Positions 9,302-19,636 of a stretch of 64,000 nt of DNA are shown one piece after another. Each line of letters opens with the position of its first letter. Position 1 is the first letter of the stretch. The translations under genes and the position numbers were made by a program. Location of the stretch: positions 32,001-96,000 of the forward strand of contig JBPCLP010000047.1 in the NCBI GenBank assembly GCA_051003195.1, given 5' to 3'. The DNA is from Candidatus Sumerlaeaceae bacterium (GTDB taxonomy: Bacteria > Sumerlaeota > Sumerlaeia > Sumerlaeales > Sumerlaeaceae). A model generated the notes under the pieces. The model saw nothing but the letters and a program-made list of their open reading frames with translations. It was not told the DNA's origin and did no database searches.

Positions 9302-9427
9302 ATCATCTATCTTGCCGGCGTGCTCCTGCGCCCGGCTGGTCCGCCGCACTCCTATGCGGCTAAGATCATCTCTCTTGCCGGCGTGCTCCTGCGCCCGGCT
9401 GGTCCGCCGCACTCCTGTGTGGCTCAG
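9302..9427. repeat. Tandem 63-bp duplication, each unit forming two hairpins
   Basis: Units 9302-9364 and 9365-9427 differ at 4 positions and fill the gap between convergent stop codons. Confidence 0.9.
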
Positions 9428-9816
9428 ATGATCATGCGTGCTACAAAAGCCTCGTCCGCGTCCTGCTCGCTCTCCAGCGTCTCGTCAAACAGGTATTCGG
9501 CGTCCGGCCGCATTCGCGCATACTTCCACGCACGCTGGCGTACCGGGTGCACCTTCTCCTCAACCGCGGGCCTCAGCAGGTTGTATAAAAACAATCCAAG
9601 CCCCACCGAGAACATATAGATCACCGCCACCCCGAAAATCACCATACCCACCAGGCTGATCGGGTTGCGTGCCTCTTCGCCTTGCGCAAAGGGTGGCCAG
9701 TAGCCGAACATCAGGATCGCACCCAGCGCCAGCACAATGATACCCTCAAGGTACAACACGCCGCCCACATAGGCGCGAATGCTAAACTCGCGAGGACCTC
9801 GCATTACCTGGGGCAT
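9424..9816 (-). CDS. Small two-TM membrane protein
   Basis: 130-aa ORF with two hydrophobic segments, directly downstream of metG. Confidence 0.7.
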   Translation of the reverse strand: MPQVMRGPREFSIRAYVGGVLYLEGIIVLALGAILMFGYWPPFAQGEEARNPISLVGMVIFGVAVIYMFSVGLGLFLYNLLRPAVEEKVHPVRQRAWKYARMRPDAEYLFDETLESEQDADEAFVARMII

Positions 9817-9819
9817 CCG

Positions 9820-11652
9820 CTACTTCCGCGCGTCTTCCGTCTTCGGAAACAGGTTCTCGCCGCGCTGTACCCGCACGTCATCAAGGTAACCCCAATGGCG
9901 CAATGCTTCGAACGGCGTTTCCTCGAGAGATCCTTTGGCTCCAAGCTGCTCCCAGATGCGAACCGACGTTGACGGGATAAACGGATACAGCTGAGTCGCG
10001 ATGACCCGCAGTCCCTCGCACAGCACGTAAAGGATAGCCTTAAGCTCGCCCGACTTATCCGGATCCTTTGCCAGCGTGAAAGGCTTCTGCTCCGTGATAT
10101 AAAGGTTCAGCCGCTGCACGCCCGCGAAAATGCGCTCCAGCAGAAAATTAAACCGGCAATCGTCAATCAGCTGCTCATACAACGTGCGAACCCCCGCCGG
10201 GTGGCTGGGGTTTATCACCACGCTATCGTTCGGCAGCTCTGCCCGCTGGAAGAGCGATGTCAGCGTGTCGCGCACAGCATCGTCTTCCGTACTATACACC
10301 GCCGGCTGGACCACCATGCCGCTCTGGTATTTCTCTACCATCGTCAGCGTGCGGCTCAGCAGGTTCCCCAGTTTGTCCGCCAGGTCGGCGTTGTAGCGCG
10401 ATTCCAGTGCCTCGTCCGTATAGATGCCATCGCCGCCAAAGTCGATTTCGCGCATCAGAAAGTAGCGCAACGGGTCGGGGTTTCCACCGTAACGCTGCAC
10501 AAGCACGCGCGGATCGACGACATTGCCTTTCGACTTCGACATCTTCGCCAGCTTGAGCACACGTGTGCCAAATTTCTCCAGGATCGCCTGCGTTATGCCG
10601 TCCGTTGAATAGCCATTGTGGCTTTCGACAGAACCCAGATGCTCCTGCCCGTCGTACACCTCTGCCATCACGCCTCGATGCGCCGTGTCCGTATCCACCT
10701 TGCTGATTTCATAGCGGATGGTATCCCGCAACTCGGCCTTTCCGCCATCTTCAACCACGGTGCGCGGGCTGACGAACCCGTGACCGAACACCCGGCGCGG
10801 CGGCTCGATTCCTGCCGACATGCACATCGCCGGCCATAGCAGTGTGTGGAACTTAAAGATGTCCTTGCCGACAATGTGTATGTCGGCCGGCCACCAATTC
10901 AGGAACCGTTCCGGATCGGTGCCATATCCCACACCCGTGATGTAGTTGATCAAAGCATCGAACCAGACGTATACCACGTGATCAGGATCATCAGGCACCG
11001 GCACGCCCCATTTCATGGTGGAGCGCGAGATCGAGATATCCTGTAATCCCGGACGCAGGAACGAGTTCACCATCTCATTTGCGCGAAACTTCGGCAGGAT
11101 AGACTCCGGATGCTCGTTTACCCAGCGCGTCATTGCATCCTGGTATTTACTCCAGCGGAAGAAATAGCTCTCCTCGCTTTTCCAGGTAAGTTCGCTGCCG
11201 CATTCCGGGCACAGCTTGCGCCCGTCCGGCTCCAGCTTAACCTGGCTCTCCAGCACAAAGTTTTCATCCGTTACGCAGTACCAGCCCTCGTACTTGCCTT
11301 TATAGATGTCACCGGCAGCCTTACAGGCATTCCAGAAACGTGCGACGGCTTCGCCGTGGTCTTCGTCCGTCGTCCGAATAAAGCGGTCGAACGAGACATG
11401 CAGCGTTCTCCAAAGATCCTCATGCCGCGGCGATATTTCGTTGGCGTATTCACGCGGCGGTTTACCAGCACGTTCGGCGTACTCCAGCATCTTCTGCCCA
11501 TGCTCGTCCGTTCCGGTCTGGAAATAGACCTCATAACCAAGCATTCGCTTGGCACGGGCAATCACGTCCGTCCCGATCAATTCAAAGGTATGTCCCACAT
11601 GCGGTTCCGCGTTCGCGTACGGGATTGCTGTCGTCACATAAAACCGTTTCAT
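9820..11652 (-). CDS. metG: Methionine--tRNA ligase (short MetRS1-type)
   Basis: FYVTTAIPYANAEPHVGH, TGTDEHGQK, YVWFDAL, GKDIFKFH, KMSKSKGN. No C-terminal tRNA-binding OB domain. Confidence 0.97.
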   Translation of the reverse strand: MKRFYVTTAIPYANAEPHVGHTFELIGTDVIARAKRMLGYEVYFQTGTDEHGQKMLEYAERAGKPPREYANEISPRHEDLWRTLHVSFDRFIRTTDEDHGEAVARFWNACKAAGDIYKGKYEGWYCVTDENFVLESQVKLEPDGRKLCPECGSELTWKSEESYFFRWSKYQDAMTRWVNEHPESILPKFRANEMVNSFLRPGLQDISISRSTMKWGVPVPDDPDHVVYVWFDALINYITGVGYGTDPERFLNWWPADIHIVGKDIFKFHTLLWPAMCMSAGIEPPRRVFGHGFVSPRTVVEDGGKAELRDTIRYEISKVDTDTAHRGVMAEVYDGQEHLGSVESHNGYSTDGITQAILEKFGTRVLKLAKMSKSKGNVVDPRVLVQRYGGNPDPLRYFLMREIDFGGDGIYTDEALESRYNADLADKLGNLLSRTLTMVEKYQSGMVVQPAVYSTEDDAVRDTLTSLFQRAELPNDSVVINPSHPAGVRTLYEQLIDDCRFNFLLERIFAGVQRLNLYITEQKPFTLAKDPDKSGELKAILYVLCEGLRVIATQLYPFIPSTSVRIWEQLGAKGSLEETPFEALRHWGYLDDVRVQRGENLFPKTEDARK

Positions 11653-11715
11653 GCAGTACAGAAGGGGAGTGAGCAGCACGCAGATGCCAGCAAAAAGACG
11701 CGTCTGGCAATCGCG

Positions 11716-12810
11716 TCAGCCGGCAAATTGCGCCGAACCCCTTTCCAGTCCGTGCAACTCGTCCCTCAGCCTGCCTGATTCCTCAAGCTCAACAAAGGCG
11801 TCCACCACAAGGGGGTCAAAATGCAATCCTGTTTCCGCGCGGATTTCCCGAAGTGACTCTTTACGCGGCCATGCCGGCTTGTATGGGCGTTGATGCGTAA
11901 AGGCGTCGTAGACGTCGGCAACTGCGACGATACGCCCAGCCAGCGGAATCGCTTCACCCGAAAGCATGGCGGGGTACCCGGTGCCGTCCCATCGCTCATG
12001 ATGAGTTGCAGCAATTTCCTCTGCCGACTTGAGAAGCGGGAAATCGCCGTTCCCATCGCCGGTCAACAGGCGTGGTCCATAAACCGTGTGGGTCTTCATC
12101 ACTTCGAATTCTTCTGTTGTCAGCCTGGCGGGCTTGCGCAGTATGACCTCAGGCACAGCAAGCTTACCCACATCGTGCAGCGGCGCAGCCTGCCGTATCG
12201 TCCGCACCTCGCCCTCGGGCAGTCCGAGCGTTTCCGCAATAAGCGCCGATACCATTCCCACTCGAGCGGTGTGCTGGCCGGTCAGGTCGTCGCGCAACTC
12301 GGCCGCCGCCGCGAGGCGCTCCAGGAACTCCATTTGCGCAAGCATCAGTTCCCTTGTACGCTCCTGCACCCGCTCCTCCAGCCTTTGATTCTCCTCCTGC
12401 ACTTCGCGGTGCAAAAAGTGCAGTTCCAAAAGGCTGTTGATCCTCAGCAGCAGTTCTTCGTGGTCAAACGGTTTGCTTACGAAATCGGACGCACCGGCCC
12501 GCAATGCATCGTAGCGGGACGTACGACGCGGATCAGCCGTCAGTACCAGGACCGGCAAATCGTGACCTGTCCCAGCCCACGCACGAACCTCCTTTAGAAT
12601 GTCGAGGCCGCTGCGCTGAGGCAGTTGCCAATCCAGCACAATCAGGTCCGGTTTACAGGAAAGACATAAGTCCAGTACGTGATGCTCGTCGGGGGCCACC
12701 TGCACATTCTCGAAGCTTTCGTGATGTAGCACGCTTTTTAACAGGAGCAGATGATTTTCGTCATCCTCAACGAGGAGAATGCGCGCGTCTTTAATCTGCT
12801 TTTCGTCCAT
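11716..12810 (-). CDS. Response regulator with HD-GYP phosphodiesterase domain (RpfG-like)
   Basis: N-terminal REC domain; [28 protein letters not shown]. Confidence 0.93.
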   Translation of the reverse strand: MDEKQIKDARILLVEDDENHLLLLKSVLHHESFENVQVAPDEHHVLDLCLSCKPDLIVLDWQLPQRSGLDILKEVRAWAGTGHDLPVLVLTADPRRTSRYDALRAGASDFVSKPFDHEELLLRINSLLELHFLHREVQEENQRLEERVQERTRELMLAQMEFLERLAAAAELRDDLTGQHTARVGMVSALIAETLGLPEGEVRTIRQAAPLHDVGKLAVPEVILRKPARLTTEEFEVMKTHTVYGPRLLTGDGNGDFPLLKSAEEIAATHHERWDGTGYPAMLSGEAIPLAGRIVAVADVYDAFTHQRPYKPAWPRKESLREIRAETGLHFDPLVVDAFVELEESGRLRDELHGLERGSAQFAG

Positions 12811-12897
12811 TGCTAGACCTGCAGCCCTGTTACGAAGCGACGATGGGGCCAAACAAACGGAACTTTTTACAAACTGGGTTACTTGTTCATCGTGGAA

Positions 12898-14127
12898 TCA
12901 ACCAGCGCTCAGGCGTGTGACCTCGTTCTTTTCGGCGATCACGCGTAATAACTCCTGGATGTGCTCCTCGCCCCGGGTTTCCAATGTCAGGTCGATCGCG
13001 GTTTCACCGACCGCCGCGGTCGAAAACGCGCGCTCGTGCTGGATATCGAGAATATTGGCGCATTGCTGTGCGATCAGGTCAAGGATACGCGAAAGCTGTC
13101 CCGGCACATCGGGCACCCGCACGCGCAAACGAACCAGGCGAGCGTCACGGACCAGCCCTTTGTCGATAATACGCGAAAGCCGGTTTACATCGATGTTGCC
13201 TCCGCTGAGCACGACCGCCACACGCTTACCAACCAGTCCCGAAATACGGCCATTCATCATGGCCGCCACGCCGGCCGCCCCCGCTGCTTCGACAACTGCC
13301 TTCTCGCGCTCGATCAACAGCAGCACTGCCGCAGCCATTTCTTCATCACTCACCGTGATGAGATCGTCCATGTAATGTTGCGCAATCTCCAAGCAAAGCT
13401 GTCCGACCCGTCGAACAGCAATACCATTTGCAATCGTGGGTTTCCCTTCAATTGTTACAACGTGTCCCGCTTCAAGTGCGGCCGTCATGCTCGGCACTGC
13501 AGCAGCTTCAACTCCGATAACCCGGATGGATGGATTGCTTTCCTTAGCCGCAATAGCAATTCCCGCAAGCAGCCCCCCACCGCCCACCGGAACCACGATG
13601 CAGTCCACATCGCGGCACTGGTCCAGAATTTCGAGGCCTGCTGTACCCTGCCCGGCAACGATTTCGTCGTCGTCGAAACCGTGGATAAACGTGAGCGCAC
13701 GCTCGTCCGATAGTTCCCGCGCGTATGCCAGTGCCTCGTCGTAGTTTGCCCCGTGCAACAGCACGTCGGCGCCGTCCTCGCGCGTGTTCTTCACTTTGAT
13801 CAACGGCGCGTTCGTGGGCATTACAATCGTGCAGGCCACACCCAGAAGATTCGCATGGTGCGCCAGCGCCTGCGCGTGGTTGCCAGCCGATGCCGCAATG
13901 ACGCCGCATTGCTTTTCCTTATCGTTCAACAGCAGCAGCTTATTCAGTGCGCCGCGTTCCTTGAACGATCCGGTCGTCTGCAGCATCTCCAGCTTGAAGT
14001 GCACCGCACAACCCCACTCGCGGCACAGCGCGTCCGAGCTGGCTATCGGCGTCGGAACAAGTAATGGCGCAATTCGCGCAGCCGCTGCGCGTATATCCTT
14101 TATGTTTACCGCCAGGTTACCTGCCAT
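12898..14127 (-). CDS. ilvA: Threonine ammonia-lyase with C-terminal ACT domain
   Basis: LQTTGSFKERGA, ASAGNHAQ, PVGGGGL, SGGNID, PDVPGQL ACT domain. Confidence 0.93.
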   Translation of the reverse strand: MAGNLAVNIKDIRAAAARIAPLLVPTPIASSDALCREWGCAVHFKLEMLQTTGSFKERGALNKLLLLNDKEKQCGVIAASAGNHAQALAHHANLLGVACTIVMPTNAPLIKVKNTREDGADVLLHGANYDEALAYARELSDERALTFIHGFDDDEIVAGQGTAGLEILDQCRDVDCIVVPVGGGGLLAGIAIAAKESNPSIRVIGVEAAAVPSMTAALEAGHVVTIEGKPTIANGIAVRRVGQLCLEIAQHYMDDLITVSDEEMAAAVLLLIEREKAVVEAAGAAGVAAMMNGRISGLVGKRVAVVLSGGNIDVNRLSRIIDKGLVRDARLVRLRVRVPDVPGQLSRILDLIAQQCANILDIQHERAFSTAAVGETAIDLTLETRGEEHIQELLRVIAEKNEVTRLSAG

Positions 14128-14327
14128 AGCCGATTGGTTTCAAAAGAATGCGACGCGTAGTAAAGCTTCTAATCGAGTGGGGGTTCAGCCGCATATTAAA
14201 GCCCGCGCCTGTTCTGCGCATACCGGCTAAAGGGTCTCCAGCCTTGATTGCGAAATAGCATGTCATTTCTCAGGAACAAAATGCGCCGAAGCAAAAGCCT
14301 GTACTCCCGATTCATCCCGGGTGTCGG

Positions 14328-15053
14328 CTAGTAGCTGGCCTGCTCTTTAAGCCACTCCGTATGCTCCTGCCCGGTGCCGACAGTGAGAAAGCCTTTCATC
14401 CGGTAATGTGCCGGGCCGCAGAACTCAGCGCAGGCGATTTCGTATTTACCCGCGCGGGTCGGCGTGAACCACACGTCGATTGCGCTGCCGGGTATTGCAT
14501 CCTGCTTGAACCGGAACTCGGGCACAAAAAAACTGTGGATGACGTCTCTGGACCGCAGCGTCAGCCGAAGCGGTTTCCCGGTCACCAGGTGCATCTCGTT
14601 CAAGGTAATCATATCGTCTTTGCCATCCGGGTCGCCATCCACCCGCCCGAACGGATTCTGATCCGACACGCCTGCCGCGTCTGTTTTCCCGAAACGCCCA
14701 TCGGCTCCAGGATAGCGGACGTTCCATGCATATTGCTGCGCGAGCACCTCAACGTGCTGCGCGTTCGCGGGGAAGTTCTCCTGGTACCTTACCTTGGCCC
14801 ACAGGTCGCGGCTTGCGAATGCAAGCCACAGCAGAATCGCCGCGGGTATCACTGCCCATGCGACCTCCAGCGCTGGCCGGCCATGAAAATACGAGGCCGA
14901 CACGCCTCTGCGTTTGCGGTAATGGATAATCGCGAACAGAAGAAGTCCCTGCACGAGGAGGAATGCTCCGACGCTTATCCATAGGATTAAGTAAAAGAGA
15001 TGGTCAATCGGCGCAGCAAACGTCGACGCGGACGGGGGCAATCCGACGTTCAC
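14328..15053 (-). CDS. coxB: Cytochrome c oxidase subunit II
   Basis: Two TM helices; SRDVIHSF and CAEFCGPAHYRM CuA ligands. Confidence 0.92.
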   Translation of the reverse strand: MNVGLPPSASTFAAPIDHLFYLILWISVGAFLLVQGLLLFAIIHYRKRRGVSASYFHGRPALEVAWAVIPAAILLWLAFASRDLWAKVRYQENFPANAQHVEVLAQQYAWNVRYPGADGRFGKTDAAGVSDQNPFGRVDGDPDGKDDMITLNEMHLVTGKPLRLTLRSRDVIHSFFVPEFRFKQDAIPGSAIDVWFTPTRAGKYEIACAEFCGPAHYRMKGFLTVGTGQEHTEWLKEQASY

Positions 15054-15062
15054 CTTCGGCAG

Positions 15063-15803
15063 TCAGTTCGCTGTCGGTGCGCCACCGGGGTCCTTATATG
15101 TAAATGTCGCGTCCCTTGCTTCGCCGTCACCGAGCTTCATGCTCTGCTCCTGGGCGCCGTACTTCTCGTGCCAGGCAGCAACAGTATACTCGCCGGGCGG
15201 CAGTCCTTTGAGCTCATACGTCCCATCGTCACCGGTAACCGCGAAAAACGGATGCTCGAAGACGCCCGCCCACGCAAGCATCCAGGGGTGGACGTCGCAT
15301 TTGATCGGGACCGGCAGTTCCGGTTTGGGAAACCTGGCGATACGCGGTGGCACCTTGTTGCTCGTCATAAACTCGTTAAACTTCGGGTTCACCTGTGACT
15401 TCGACTGGATGTTGTGAATCGTCGGGTCGCTATTGAGAATCTTCAGGTCCTGCCCGGCGCGCAACGCGAACACGTGCGGCTCGTACATGCACCCGCGCTG
15501 GTCCAGCACGGCAGGCTCCGCAGGCATGCCGTACGATTTGCCCGATGGCAAACCGCTTTTCACGTAAACGATTACATTCTTCAACGTGCTGTTGCGATTT
15601 ACGACGACATCCTGCCGCCGTGGCGGTTCGCCACCACGTGTCTCGGCGCAGGTCGGGTCGGCCGTGATTCGGATCTTAGCCATTTCAGGGGGCGTGCCGG
15701 AGAAGTTTACAGCGCCTCGGATAATACCAGTGTCTGCAGCAAAGAGGCCCGATGTTAAGACTCCAAGCCCGACGACCACAAGAAGATCTGTTTTATTAAG
15801 CAT
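15063..15803 (-). CDS. Secreted cupredoxin-like / carboxypeptidase-regulatory-like domain protein
   Basis: Signal peptide; LDQRGCMYEPHV, NSDPTIHN, KCDVHPWM, LPPGEYTVAAWHE. Confidence 0.8.
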   Translation of the reverse strand: MLNKTDLLVVVGLGVLTSGLFAADTGIIRGAVNFSGTPPEMAKIRITADPTCAETRGGEPPRRQDVVVNRNSTLKNVIVYVKSGLPSGKSYGMPAEPAVLDQRGCMYEPHVFALRAGQDLKILNSDPTIHNIQSKSQVNPKFNEFMTSNKVPPRIARFPKPELPVPIKCDVHPWMLAWAGVFEHPFFAVTGDDGTYELKGLPPGEYTVAAWHEKYGAQEQSMKLGDGEARDATFTYKDPGGAPTAN

Positions 15804-16008
15804 ATGCGCGCAAGCTACACGTTCCGGCAGGTTTGTTTCGCCTAAAAATGTTCAGTTTTCTCGACGTCTATCTGTTCAGCCCGTGAAATATGCTGGCCTG
15901 TGCTTAAACCCCCGTACCCACCTTGCTGCCTGTATCAAGTGATCACGCTTTCTTGATTTGGCGACATGGCAATCCGGTTAAGTAGCGTATCTCAGGATTA
16001 TAAGTCCT

Positions 16009-17787
16009 CTAGTCATCGACAGTGATGCGCATGATTTCCTGCACGGTCGTCTGGCCAAGCAGCACTTTTTCCCAGCCGTCCATGCGCAGCGTCCGCATCC
16101 CGTGCTTCATGCCCACTTTCTTCAGCTTGGCAGCGCTTTCGACGCGCATCACCAGCTGGCGAAGCTCGGGGTTGTTCACAAAAATTTCATGGATGGCGGT
16201 TCGCCCGCGGTAACCGCTATGGTTGCAGCGTTCGCATCCGGCTCCTTTATAAAACGTCGTGTCGGCGTATTCGTCGTAGTTCACTCCGCCGACTTCCAGC
16301 TCTTCCCGGCGGGCCTTATACTCGATCCTGCAGTGCGCGCAGATCTTTCTGAGAAGGCGCTGCGCGATAACAGCCTGAATCGAGCTGGCGACCAGGAACG
16401 GTTTCAGGCCCATGTCAATCAAGCGCACGCAGGCGCTGGGCGCATCGTTCGTGTGCAGCGTGCTGAAAACAAGGTGTCCGGTAAGCGCCGCGCGAATACC
16501 GATTTCCGCTGTCTCAAGGTCGCGCATTTCACCTACCATGATCACGTCCGGTGACTGGCGCAGTATGGATCGCAGTGCCAGCGCGAAGTCCAGACCGATG
16601 TCTTTGTTGATCTGCACCTGGTTAATGCCGTCGAGCATGTACTCGACCGGGTCCTCAACCGTTACGATCTTGGTCTCGGCGTTGTTGATCGTCGCAAGCG
16701 CCGAATAAAGGGTCGTTGTTTTACCCGAACCCGTCGGGCCGGTCATCAGGATAACGCCGTTAGGGCTCTTGATCAGGTCACGGAAAATCGAAATAGTATC
16801 GGGCAGGAAGCCGACATCTTCGAGGCCCATCAGGACGCTGCTCTGGTCCAGCAGACGCATGACGATGGACTCGCCGAAAATGGTTGGGATGGAAGATACA
16901 CGGACATCGAGTTTCTTGCCGGGAATGTTGAGCTTAATACGTCCGTCCAGCGGCACGCGTTTCTCGGCCAGGTCCATTCCGGATAAAACCTTTAACCGCG
17001 AAATGATCGAGTTTTGCCATTTCTTCGGCGGTGCTGGAACGTCATGCAGAACACCGTCGATCCGGAACCTTATCGTGACGCCGCTCTTGTTCGGCTCGAT
17101 GTGAATGTCGGACGCGCGGTCGTGCACCGCCGTCTTAAAGATAAGGTCGACATACTTAACGACTGGTGGTTGTTCATGGCCGTCCCTGCCCGTAAGGTCG
17201 ACGTTCGAATACCGGTCTTCTTCACTTTCACGAGTCTCAGCGGCCACCGCCTCGTCGGCGATATTATGATACAGGTCCGAGATGTCGTTGCCTTCGTAGT
17301 AGTGCTTGATGAATTTGTCGATCTCGTGCTCGTCCGCGACGATCACCTGCACGCTCTTGTGATAAATCTTCTCGAGGTCATCCGTCGTCTGGATGTTTAG
17401 CGGATCGGCCAGCGCGACGTACAGAGTATTGTCGTCGTACCTGACAGGAAACACCCGGTACTTGACCGCATGCTTGGTCTCTATCTGCGCAAGCAACTCG
17501 GGGGTGATGTTCAGATCCTTCAGGTCGATCTGCTCATAGCCCTGTGCGGCGGCAATGGCCTGAAGTATATCGTCATCACGAACCAGACCCTGGGCGACAA
17601 GGGTATGTTTCAGCGAGGCGGCGCTTTCGTCGGCGGGGATCAGGTCGCGAATCATTTCGCTGCTGACAAGCCCGGCTTCCTCCAGCATCTGGGCCAGCGC
17701 ACCTGCGGAGCTGCCACCCCGGCTCTTCGCCGCCGCGGTGTGCTCGAAATAGCGGCGTTCCTCGGCCGTCGGCTTACGTACTGCCAT
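16009..17787 (-). CDS. pilB: Type IV pilus / T2SS assembly ATPase (PilB/GspE)
   Basis: RASDIHIEP, Walker A GPTGSGKTT, EDPVE, LRQSPDVIMVGEMRD, TGHLVFSTLHTN, Zn-binding Cys motifs. Confidence 0.93.
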   Translation of the reverse strand: MAVRKPTAEERRYFEHTAAAKSRGGSSAGALAQMLEEAGLVSSEMIRDLIPADESAASLKHTLVAQGLVRDDDILQAIAAAQGYEQIDLKDLNITPELLAQIETKHAVKYRVFPVRYDDNTLYVALADPLNIQTTDDLEKIYHKSVQVIVADEHEIDKFIKHYYEGNDISDLYHNIADEAVAAETRESEEDRYSNVDLTGRDGHEQPPVVKYVDLIFKTAVHDRASDIHIEPNKSGVTIRFRIDGVLHDVPAPPKKWQNSIISRLKVLSGMDLAEKRVPLDGRIKLNIPGKKLDVRVSSIPTIFGESIVMRLLDQSSVLMGLEDVGFLPDTISIFRDLIKSPNGVILMTGPTGSGKTTTLYSALATINNAETKIVTVEDPVEYMLDGINQVQINKDIGLDFALALRSILRQSPDVIMVGEMRDLETAEIGIRAALTGHLVFSTLHTNDAPSACVRLIDMGLKPFLVASSIQAVIAQRLLRKICAHCRIEYKARREELEVGGVNYDEYADTTFYKGAGCERCNHSGYRGRTAIHEIFVNNPELRQLVMRVESAAKLKKVGMKHGMRTLRMDGWEKVLLGQTTVQEIMRITVDD

Positions 17788-18040
17788 TTGTGACTAGCGC
17801 CTCCGCCCTTCCAGAGGGGATAACTTCATTACATTTGCAGCTGACATAGCGTTCCATGCCTTATTCAGCAACCAAAATCGCGACCCGACAGCTGAGCCTT
17901 GTCATTTTATGATTTGGGGCGCCTGGCATAACAGATGATATTCCCCACGGATTGAACTCAGCCGGATCCCGAGGCTGCGACAGAGCACCGAAATTCAGCA
18001 TTGATAGTATATTGCATACGAGGGTAGATGAAAAGTACAA

Positions 18041-18268
18041 ATGAGAATCGCGATCCTCATACTGGCTTCTGCCTTCGTGCTTAGCCTCATCTACAGCGCC
18101 TGGCGGATGCGCGACCGTTTTGAAATTATTGGAGAATTTGTGCAGTTTCTCCGCGAGCGTAAACTGTGGTGGATTGCGCCCCTCGTCCTTGTCTTCGTGC
18201 TGGCAGGTCTATTCGTGGCTGTCACCGCAGGGTCCCCCCTTGCGGCGTTCCTGTATGCGCTGCACTGA
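18041..18268 (+). CDS. DUF5989-like small membrane protein
   Basis: EFVQFLRERKLWWIAPLV..SPLAAFLYAL pattern. Confidence 0.75.
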   Translation: MRIAILILASAFVLSLIYSAWRMRDRFEIIGEFVQFLRERKLWWIAPLVLVFVLAGLFVAVTAGSPLAAFLYALH

Positions 18269-18506
18269 AAGCGGCCGCGGCACCCGGGCATGGTCGGCCT
18301 GGAAGCGTGCCGGGGAAAAGGCTGCTCATATAATTGGGATTGCCATTTTTGCCCTGCTCTGGCTCGTAGCGCTTGGGCCGATGGCGCTTGCTTCCAGGCT
18401 GCGTGGCAAGCATCTGCTGCCGCATTTTACCGGACGCGAGAATACCTACTATGTGCCCCGGGAGTCCAGCGAGCCAACGCTCGAGCGGATGAAGCGACAG
18501 TGGTGA
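18255..18506 (+). CDS. SxtJ-like membrane protein
   Basis: AW..AGEKAAHIIG..LGPMALASRLRGK..TYY..MKRQW pattern. Overlaps the upstream gene. Confidence 0.6.
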   Translation: MRCTESGRGTRAWSAWKRAGEKAAHIIGIAIFALLWLVALGPMALASRLRGKHLLPHFTGRENTYYVPRESSEPTLERMKRQW

Positions 18507-18642
18507 TATAGCCCCGCCGGCACAGGAGCCAGTGTCTGATCCACCTGAGCGCGAAACAATTACCGGGTCGCCAGTCGAACCGCTGCCTTACGAGGCTCGA
18601 TCCGTATTGCAATTGAAGCGGCGGCGGTGCCGGAACCACTGC

Positions 18643-19572
18643 ATGAAAACCAATTACATCCGGCCCGCTGCCATCCTGCTCGTGGGATGCTGCTGTGCCA
18701 CAGCCTGCGCAACGCAGACGCTCACCCTGGCAACTTACAACATTCACAGCGCAGTGCCGAATGGCTCCAGCCTGGCGAGCTATTTCATCACGCCGAAGGA
18801 TGTACAGAATGTTGCAGATGTTGTGACGTCTTCTAGCGCGTCCATCGTGGCACTGCAGGAAGTACGTTGCGAGTGGCAATGGCGTCGCGCCGCGCAGCAC
18901 GACACCTTTGCGCCTGATCTCGCGCGGCGAATTGCGCAGTACTGCGCGATGAACTTTGCATTCGGCAGTACCATCGATGATGTTACCAGCTATCCTTCCA
19001 ACACCGCCTACATCGAATGGGGAAGCGGCGACCAGTGGCAAAACAGCGGCGCCATCCACGGTGAATTCGGAAATGCGGTGCTAAGCCGTCACAAGCTGAC
19101 GGCCGTTCCGGTGAACATTCCATTGCCTACTGATCCCGGCGAGGAACAGCGCGCCTGTTTGCGGGTGTCATTTGCCCTCGACGAGACATCCTCGCCACTC
19201 GTGGTCTACGCAACGCACCTGCACCATCGCCAGCCGTCAGCGCGGCAAAAGCAGATGGCATCGATTCTCGACCACGCAAAGAAGGAAGTGACGACCGCAA
19301 CCGTCTTCATCATGGGCGATCTCAATACCAGTCCCGGCCCCGATGAACCGGATTTAATCGCAATGGCGGAAAGAGCGGGTTTTCACGACCTGGCAGCCCT
19401 GCATGCGGCAAAGCAAAATCGTTCACCAGACAACACCATACCTGCGCATCAGCCTAAAAAACGTATCGACTATATCCTGGCCAGCCGTCGACTGACAGTC
19501 CTCGACGCGCATACCATTGAAACGACAGCGTCTGACCACCTGCCGCTTGTCTTAACCGTCGGCGTGCCGTAG
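18643..19572 (+). CDS. Secreted endonuclease/exonuclease/phosphatase (EEP) family protein
   Basis: ATYNIH, LQEV, GNAVLS, ATHL, MGDLN, RIDYI, SDHLP; signal peptide. Confidence 0.9.
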   Translation: MKTNYIRPAAILLVGCCCATACATQTLTLATYNIHSAVPNGSSLASYFITPKDVQNVADVVTSSSASIVALQEVRCEWQWRRAAQHDTFAPDLARRIAQYCAMNFAFGSTIDDVTSYPSNTAYIEWGSGDQWQNSGAIHGEFGNAVLSRHKLTAVPVNIPLPTDPGEEQRACLRVSFALDETSSPLVVYATHLHHRQPSARQKQMASILDHAKKEVTTATVFIMGDLNTSPGPDEPDLIAMAERAGFHDLAALHAAKQNRSPDNTIPAHQPKKRIDYILASRRLTVLDAHTIETTASDHLPLVLTVGVP

Positions 19573-19636
19573 CCCATAGTCTAGATAAAGCAACGCTGTT
19601 GACACCCCTCGTGCAACGCGACATACTTATCTGCTT

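Noticed and set aside
9302..9427. CRISPR array
   Set aside because: Only two abutting 63-bp units, no unique spacers and no cas genes.
10546..10773. Intein in metG
   Set aside because: Too short and lacks the C/S...HN-C/S/T splice motifs.
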